The translations under genes were made by a program, and so were the position numbers. Below are positions 34,125 to 39,940 of a stretch of DNA of 39,940 bases, in pieces (within the stretch, counting starts at the first letter, position 1; each line of letters starts with the position of its first letter). The stretch is from a virus (lineage: Duplodnaviria; Caudoviricetes). The notes beneath the pieces are model-generated. The model worked only from the letters and a program-made list of their open reading frames with translations, did not search any database and was not told the origin of the DNA. The stretch covers positions 1 to 39,940 of IMG/VR virus record IMGVR_UViG_3300024187_000006; one strand, 5' to 3'.

Positions 34125-36622
34125 TGAAGCACCAAACTTGCAGTTTTTGCCGTCGCCACCGTGTTGATGACAACAGCGAATATATCGTTGGCTGAGACGC
34201 TGGTGGTCCAGCCGGTTAGGGTCGTCGAATGAATCGCGGTTCCCGTTGAAAGCGCCGGCAGTGCGCTCGCCGTAATCGTGTTCGCGATCGTCGGGTGAGC
34301 CGTTCCGGTTGCGATCTTCCAGACATCGAAAGTGATCGTGCCGGCGTCGACCACGATGTTATAGGCCGAGATCGTACAGGCGTAAGGAATGGTGAAATAA
34401 GTGGTCGCATTTGTAGTGGTGAGAGCGGAGCCGGCGCCGTCGAAGCTTCCGCCAAAAGCGCGTGTCCGGACGTTCGCTGTCTCACTGACCGTACAGGTTC
34501 CGCCGAGCGATACCGGACCGCATCCGCTAACGCTGATTCCCGAGCCTGCCGCAACGGTCAGCGAAGAATTCGCAAGCGCCGCATTCGGCACTGCCTCATA
34601 GGTCACGGTGCCGCCGCTGGTCGCGCTGGTGACCACAGGGACGGTGTTCGCGCTCGGTCCCGATGGATAGGTGACGCCGTGGACTTTTACGACGGTCGTT
34701 ACCTCTGACCCGCCGGTAGTGACGTCGCCCGACAAATCTCCGTCTGAGATCGCCTGCCCGCCGGCGCCCACCTGTAGGTGATTCAGCGTCGCACTGGCCG
34801 AGGTGACGCAGGTTGAGCAGGAAATCGTTCCGGTGCTCGTGATCGTTCCGCCGCTGATTGGGCTGGTGGTCGCAATGCTCGTGACGGTCCCAGTCCCTGC
34901 CGGAGCCTGCCAAGTTCCGTCAGCTCGGAGAAAGTTAACTGTGCCGCCGCCCGACGCCGGCGTGAGCCCTTGGAGCGTGGTAGTGAACAGGTTCAGCGCC
35001 GCTGTGGCGACCAAGGCTGTTACGCTCTGTGCCCCTTGGCTGCCCGCGCCCATCAGGAAGGCGTTATTGGTCAAGCTGGCCGCTGAGGTCACGCAGGTTG
35101 CGCAAGCGATCGTGCCTGAGGTTGTGATGGTCCCACCAGTGATAGGGGAGGACGTCGCGATGCTGGTTACTGAGCCGCTTCCCGCGCTGTGACACGCGCC
35201 GTCAGCGCCGAGGTACTCAACCCCTGAGCACGTCGAGAACAGGCTCACCACGTCCGCCGCGATCGCAGGAACAGGCTGTGAACTGGCGTTTGTGCCCAGT
35301 ACCTTAGCTGAAGCTGGAACTGATCCGCCATTGATGCCGGTTACGGTGGTCAGCGTCGATCCGGAAGTGCTGGCGTCTCCGGACAGATCTCCCACGGCGA
35401 GGGCCTTTGAGCCTCCACCGACAAGCAGCCTGCCAACGTCGAGCGAGCCCGCGGCCGTCGCGCACGTCGGGCAGGAGATTGTTCCGGTTCCTGTGATTGT
35501 TCCGCCTGAAATCGGGCTCGTGGTCGCGATTGAGGTTACCGTTCCGGTTCCTGCATTATGACAGGCCCCATCCGCGCCCAGGTATTGAACGCCCGAACAG
35601 GTTGAGAACAGGCTCACCACGCCGGCGGCCGTCGCGACAACGATCTGCCGACTGCTGTTTGTGGCGAGAACCGCTGTGCTGGCTGGGACCGCAAGCCCGT
35701 TGATTCCTGAGGTTACCGTGGCGCATCCTGAGCTCGTCGTGTCGCCGGTCAGCGCCGGCAGTTGGCCGCAGGAAACGCTACCACTGAGATCAGAGAAATC
35801 CGGCTGAACCGAAGACGGTACTCCCAGTGTGCTGATTTGATTGATGAATTGATGGGTAACCGCCGCGTACGATTCGATTCCGCCTAAGGTCGTCGCGCTG
35901 GGGTTTGGCAGATCCGCTCCGACAAGCGCGCGGAACGTTGGCGCCGCGGCACTTCCGGTGGTCGGGCCAGCGAATACGGTGTTCGCCGAGTGCGTCGACA
36001 GCGCGAACGTAATAGCCGGGATGGTCGTCGGATTAGACACGCTTGTCGTGAACAACGGAGAGAGGTTGCCGGCGCTGACGCTGGTGACTCCGCCGCCCGA
36101 ACCGCCTCCGCATGCCGAGCTCCACTGCACCAGGAAATTGATCGCGCACAGGCCCACGGTTCCGCTCGTAATCGGCGGCTGCAGGCTCGTGATGGGAATG
36201 AGCGACGGCGGAGGTGTGGGAAGTGTTCGAACGCCGAGCAGGTTCACAGGCCCGCTCTGTGGAACGTTCCAAAACTCCGAGCCCGGCGCGCAATTTGTCG
36301 GCTGAAGCGAATACTTGACTGTGTAGATGCCGCTTGCCGGATGAGTGTTGATGTTCGTGGGAACCACGTTCACCGAGAAGTGACCCGTCGAATTAACCGG
36401 GATCGGCGCGGACGTGCCGCCCTTGATCAGGAATCCATCGAGCGAGTAGAAATCAACCCAGGACAGCGTAAACGAGCCTGAGCAGTAGGTGGGTCCGACA
36501 GCGGTAAAGAACTGATCCGCAACTGTGGTTGTAGCGGGCTGGCCTACAGCCGCCAACGCTCCGAGGAGTAGAAGGAGCACCAGCCCCAGAGCGTTGTTAG
36601 GACGATTGCGGCGTTCATTCAC
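34112..36622 (-). CDS. repetitive tail fibre protein with N-terminal signal peptide
   Basis: 836 aa G/S/T-rich; GGVTSV, VFAGPTTGSAAAPTFRALV, GTVTSIATTSPISGGTIT x3, GDLSGD repeats. Confidence 0.8.
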   Translation of the reverse strand: MNERRNRPNNALGLVLLLLLGALAAVGQPATTTVADQFFTAVGPTYCSGSFTLSWVDFYSLDGFLIKGGTSAPIPVNSTGHFSVNVVPTNINTHPASGIYTVKYSLQPTNCAPGSEFWNVPQSGPVNLLGVRTLPTPPPSLIPITSLQPPITSGTVGLCAINFLVQWSSACGGGSGGGVTSVSAGNLSPLFTTSVSNPTTIPAITFALSTHSANTVFAGPTTGSAAAPTFRALVGADLPNPSATTLGGIESYAAVTHQFINQISTLGVPSSVQPDFSDLSGSVSCGQLPALTGDTTSSGCATVTSGINGLAVPASTAVLATNSSRQIVVATAAGVVSLFSTCSGVQYLGADGACHNAGTGTVTSIATTSPISGGTITGTGTISCPTCATAAGSLDVGRLLVGGGSKALAVGDLSGDASTSGSTLTTVTGINGGSVPASAKVLGTNASSQPVPAIAADVVSLFSTCSGVEYLGADGACHSAGSGSVTSIATSSPITGGTITTSGTIACATCVTSAASLTNNAFLMGAGSQGAQSVTALVATAALNLFTTTLQGLTPASGGGTVNFLRADGTWQAPAGTGTVTSIATTSPISGGTITSTGTISCSTCVTSASATLNHLQVGAGGQAISDGDLSGDVTTGGSEVTTVVKVHGVTYPSGPSANTVPVVTSATSGGTVTYEAVPNAALANSSLTVAAGSGISVSGCGPVSLGGTCTVSETANVRTRAFGGSFDGAGSALTTTNATTYFTIPYACTISAYNIVVDAGTITFDVWKIATGTAHPTIANTITASALPALSTGTAIHSTTLTGWTTSVSANDIFAVVINTVATAKTASLVLQCDE

Positions 36623-36625
36623 GCG

Positions 36626-37249
36626 TTACTGACCTTTCTTGCCAGCTTTGCCTTGATCGGATTTATCGGCATCGCCTGCGGCCTGGTTGGGGTTCCCGAC
36701 CTGCCCCGTCGCAGTGCCAGCATACTTCGCGAGGTCCGCAAAAGCCTTGTCTCGCTCGGCGATAATCCGATCAAGCACCTGCAGAGGCTCTTCGCCTTCG
36801 ACCTCTACCTGTTCGGCCAGGACCTGCATGATGGATTCCAGCAAGTCCAACCGCTCGGCCGTCGATGCCACCTTATCCGGCGGGAACGGGAACCGCTGCC
36901 ACCCCGGACCTTTACACACGTCCTGTTCGTGGTCCGGATCTTGGACGACAACGCCTTTCGGTGCCGCGGTCTTGTGATACCGATAGCTCGGATAGTTGGC
37001 GTGCAGCGCCTTCTGTTCCGGCGTCGCGGGCTTTGAGCCGAGCGCCACCTGTGGCGGGATGCCTGAATAGTGCATCGCCGGCGAGACGCCAGGATGCGGT
37101 TGAGCGACACCGCGGAAACGATCTTCCGGTCGCAATCGCTCGTGATCCGCCAACAGGCGCGGGTCCGCTTTCGAATCCAGCGGAGGCACGAACGGCGCGG
37201 GCGGTCCGGGCGGCTGGCTCTGTCGTTCCTTGATGAAGCTATTTGCCAT
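36626..37249 (-). CDS. hypothetical protein
   Basis: 207 aa, AAGGGAG RBS, YPSYRYH motif. Confidence 0.8.
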   Translation of the reverse strand: MANSFIKERQSQPPGPPAPFVPPLDSKADPRLLADHERLRPEDRFRGVAQPHPGVSPAMHYSGIPPQVALGSKPATPEQKALHANYPSYRYHKTAAPKGVVVQDPDHEQDVCKGPGWQRFPFPPDKVASTAERLDLLESIMQVLAEQVEVEGEEPLQVLDRIIAERDKAFADLAKYAGTATGQVGNPNQAAGDADKSDQGKAGKKGQ

Positions 37250-37262
37250 GTAATTCTCCCTT

Positions 37263-38012
37263 TTAGTTCGTTGAAACCAACCAGTTAAAGCCTGTCCGTT
37301 TCACCAGCTCAGGCGCAACACTCTTGATCGGACACGGCGCGTTTACGCTCGCAACCGCCGTTCTCGCCTCTTCGGCAATTCTCATGATCCTCGCCGCGCG
37401 ATCCGCTGTCAAACGTTTCGGGTAGAGATCCATGATCTCAACCGCGAGCAGATATGTGATCATTCGCGGATAGCCGGGCGGCGCGTACAGCGTGTCCGTA
37501 CTCTGCAGAGTCGACGGAAGGGCCGCCGGGATGAACAATTCAAGTTCGTAATTCGATTGCGGCGCAGGATATAGTCGGATCACCCCCTGCCCGGTCGGGT
37601 TGACCTGGGAATACCCGTTATCGTAGTAGAGCTTTACCGGGATAGCCGATTGAAGCTCAGGCAGCAGGATGGCTCCCCACTGCTGCACGTTCAAGATCTG
37701 AATCGGCCGGCGTTCCACTGTCGGCGAGGTCTGGTAAATCAGATTCGCGAGTTCGATCCACTCGGGCCGCGGTCCTGGAAGGTCCGCCGGCGCCGGGCCG
37801 ATGGTGTACTCAAACTGCCCAGCCACCAAGGGATAAGTCAAATCGCTCACCGTGTAGAGCATGTTGCGGAGCGCGTTCAACCCGTCCAATAGTTGATTCA
37901 GGAATGCGGTCACTTCGGTAAGCGCGTCGGGCGATGGTTGCGCGCCAGGCGTCCACAATTGGCCGCACAGCCGCATCGAATCGGTGACGTATTGGCTTAC
38001 CAATTTATCCAT
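37263..38012 (-). CDS. head-to-tail adaptor (P22 gp4-like), copy 1
   Basis: SMRLCGQL..PG..PS, FLNQLLD, YTIGP, PVKLYYD, LYPAP, PPGYPRMITYLLAVEI. Confidence 0.82.
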   Translation of the reverse strand: MDKLVSQYVTDSMRLCGQLWTPGAQPSPDALTEVTAFLNQLLDGLNALRNMLYTVSDLTYPLVAGQFEYTIGPAPADLPGPRPEWIELANLIYQTSPTVERRPIQILNVQQWGAILLPELQSAIPVKLYYDNGYSQVNPTGQGVIRLYPAPQSNYELELFIPAALPSTLQSTDTLYAPPGYPRMITYLLAVEIMDLYPKRLTADRAARIMRIAEEARTAVASVNAPCPIKSVAPELVKRTGFNWLVSTN

Positions 38013-38020
38013 GAAGTTTT

Positions 38021-38058
38021 GCGGGGCGGCTGCCTCGGAGGAAACAGGCGCGCCCCGC
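38021..38058 (-). other. GC-rich intergenic stem-loop
   Basis: gcggggcg / cgccccgc arms with inner gcct/aggc stem. Confidence 0.55.
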
Positions 38059-38078
38059 TGCTGCGTATTACTTCAATC

Positions 38079-38855
38079 TTAGAACGTTTGCCAGACGGTG
38101 CCGTTTGAGTACACCGTGCAGCCTGCGGTCGTGTAGGTCGCGCAGCCGTGAGCGGTCGTCACAGTGATCGTTCCGCTGCTAGTGTTCGACAGAATAAACA
38201 CCTTGCCCGGCATCGCCGCCGCGCTCGGCAAAGTGATCGTAAACGAGTTTGCCGTGGCTTCGATGATGTTGTCGTAGTACGTCGCCGTGTATGTCGCCGA
38301 AACCTGAGTGACGGCGCCACGTATAGCAGGGTGGCCCACCGAAGGCCCTGCATATCCCCACCGTCCCAGCGAATCGCACGTGAACATCGAACCAGTGAGC
38401 ACGTGAATTCTCGGAGCCGCGTACACGTTCGCTGCTGTGCACGTGCCATCGAGATTAATATCGGTCGGAGAATTCGAGTACCAATCCCCTTGACCGATCC
38501 ATACGAGCTCACCGCTCGCATGCGTAGTGGCGGCGGTCCCACCGACGCCGCGAACAACCAGCACTGTGTTGGTGGTCGTTCCCGGCGGCGCGAAAGAGGC
38601 GGACACCATCATTAGTTCCTTGTCGACGTAGAGGAATGAACCGTTTGCCCCTTGGGTCGGGAACACCACGTTGCTCACCGAGGTAAGCGTAAGCGTGGTC
38701 TGATTGACGCTGGTGATTGCGCCGTTGAGCGTGGTGGTGCTGAACGTGTTCTGTGCGGCGTAGGCGTGCGTCGGGTGAACGAGCTCGATATAGCCGATCA
38801 GAGAGAACAGCGCGAATCCGATAGTTGCGATGAAGTTTCGTGTGAATTTGCTCAT
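38079..38855 (-). CDS. putative capsid decoration/structural protein with signal peptide (258 aa)
   Basis: start revised to MSKFTRNF (AAGGA RBS); TTLNGAIT, LYVDKELM.V, VVRGVGGTAATTHASG motifs. Confidence 0.75.
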   Translation of the reverse strand: MSKFTRNFIATIGFALFSLIGYIELVHPTHAYAAQNTFSTTTLNGAITSVNQTTLTLTSVSNVVFPTQGANGSFLYVDKELMMVSASFAPPGTTTNTVLVVRGVGGTAATTHASGELVWIGQGDWYSNSPTDINLDGTCTAANVYAAPRIHVLTGSMFTCDSLGRWGYAGPSVGHPAIRGAVTQVSATYTATYYDNIIEATANSFTITLPSAAAMPGKVFILSNTSSGTITVTTAHGCATYTTAGCTVYSNGTVWQTF

Positions 38856-38875
38856 TGTGATTTTCCTTTTCCTTG

Positions 38876-38898
38876 AAAGTGGGGCGGCTGCCCGCCCC
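38876..38898 (-). terminator. terminator-like hairpin after coat gene
   Basis: GGGGCGG-GCAG-CCGCCCC then ACTTTC. Confidence 0.55.
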
Positions 38899-38908
38899 GA
38901 TCTCTCAT

Positions 38909-39940
38909 TTAGGCTGCGAACACCTTCACCGCGAGTTCGCGGTACAAAGCGCTGATGCCCCAATAGACATCGAAGCGGTTGACCCAGATGTCATGCACAG
39001 GGTCGAAGTCGCGAACGAAGCGCAAGGTAACGCCCGTCACCGGGTCGGTTTCCTGATACGCCATGTCAGTTCCTCCAGGGACGTCGCCAGGGACCGAGAC
39101 TACGGTGTAGGCGTCCTTCTGGAAGCAAAGCAACTGGGTCGAAGCGGTTGAGGGAATGCTCTTCATCGTGATCGTTGCACCGTCGATCGGCGCCGCGCTC
39201 ACGTTCTGGTATTGGCCGCTTGGCGTGATCGCCGGCGCGATGTTCAGCGTCATGTTGCCCGCGCCGTCTGCGGTCGCGTCCTGCTGAATCACGAACTGCT
39301 GAAGCACAGGCGTCGCCTGATAGTTCGCCGAATTGACTTCGAACACTCCGTCAATCGTGAAAGTTTCACCGACTTTCACAGTCGAGGTTGTCGCGGTCCA
39401 TCCGTGGGTCTGCAATAGCATAGAGCCGTTGTTTCCACCGTTGGCGGTCTGGCCTCCTTGGTTGACGGTAGGAGTTCCGCCGCCGGTCCCAGAGGTGATA
39501 GATGCAAGGTTCTGGGTTTGATACCAGTCCATGCCGCCGGTGTCTTTGCCCATCATGGCCTTTTTATACATCTCGCCGATGTTGGCCTGAGGGTTGAACT
39601 GCCCTTTGAGCTGGTCGACCACTTCGGTAGACGCCGCTGCGTTGATGACCATGCAGCGCTCTTCCGGGTCTGCCAAGTTTTCCCAGAGTTTCTGGGAAGC
39701 CTGCAGGTAGGTCTTGAAACCAGTGGTGCTGGTCGGAGTGGTGCCCCAGGTTCCCACCGAGTTCCAGGTGTAGTTCGCCATGTACTGCGCCGCCGCGAAG
39801 TCGAGCATGTTCGCGATGCGGATTGCAGCAGGACGCAGGTACTGCTTCGAGAACGCCTCCAAGTCGAGGTACTTCTCGAACGAAGTGAACTGGAAGTCCA
39901 CGCCGGTCTGCTGGTTGATGGTCACTGGCGTAACCAGATT
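38909..39940 (-). CDS. P22-like major capsid protein, 3' part
   Basis: FSKQYLRPAA..IAN, VGETFTIDGV...LQQFVI, IAPAITPSGQYQNV, RFDVYWG. Confidence 0.93.
   Translation of the reverse strand, partial: NLVTPVTINQQTGVDFQFTSFEKYLDLEAFSKQYLRPAAIRIANMLDFAAAQYMANYTWNSVGTWGTTPTSTTGFKTYLQASQKLWENLADPEERCMVINAAASTEVVDQLKGQFNPQANIGEMYKKAMMGKDTGGMDWYQTQNLASITSGTGGGTPTVNQGGQTANGGNNGSMLLQTHGWTATTSTVKVGETFTIDGVFEVNSANYQATPVLQQFVIQQDATADGAGNMTLNIAPAITPSGQYQNVSAAPIDGATITMKSIPSTASTQLLCFQKDAYTVVSVPGDVPGGTDMAYQETDPVTGVTLRFVRDFDPVHDIWVNRFDVYWGISALYRELAVKVFAA
39814..39940. repeat. 127-bp terminal direct repeat (copy 2)
   Basis: identical to 1-127. Confidence 0.97.

Noticed and set aside
34112-36622. Diversity-generating retroelement acting on the fibre
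   Set aside because: No reverse transcriptase and no adenine-specific TR/VR pair; repeats are in-frame protein modules
38856-38963. Possible frameshift fusion of coat to the downstream protein (open frame overlaps coat end)
   Set aside because: No slippery heptamer seen, and the downstream gene has its own RBS and signal peptide

Overview
The window is a complete, circularly assembled genome (39,813 bp unique; bases 1-127 are repeated at 39814-39940) of a GC-rich P22-like tailed phage (podovirus gene set). Nearly all genes are on the minus strand. In transcription order: terS, terL, small basic ORFs, portal, scaffold, coat (split across the contig ends), a putative decoration protein, two gp4-like adaptors flanking a fibre and a beta-helix spike, KTSC, gp10-like hub, tail accessory proteins, gp14-like GNAT, three ejection proteins, an RHH regulator region, a lipoprotein/holin-like cluster, and an early recombination/replication block (DUF968-like nuclease, SSB-like, Gp157, RusA, HTH initiator with iterons). 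I could not recognise an integrase, CI repressor, helicase, polymerase, endolysin, tRNA or CRISPR array. Most unusual observations: (1) a Tat-signal protein built from rearranged fragments of the major coat protein, located near a 64-aa mini-copy of the gp4 N-terminus (possible structural decoys); (2) three Cys-rich fibre/spike/decoration proteins carrying export signal peptides; (3) a recurrent CACATG-N2-CATGTG palindrome inside several promoters, many of them leaderless, around an RHH gene; (4) a ParB-like domain inside an ejection protein; (5) an attenuator-like leader ahead of two lipoproteins. All family calls are from motif recall and synteny, not database searches.
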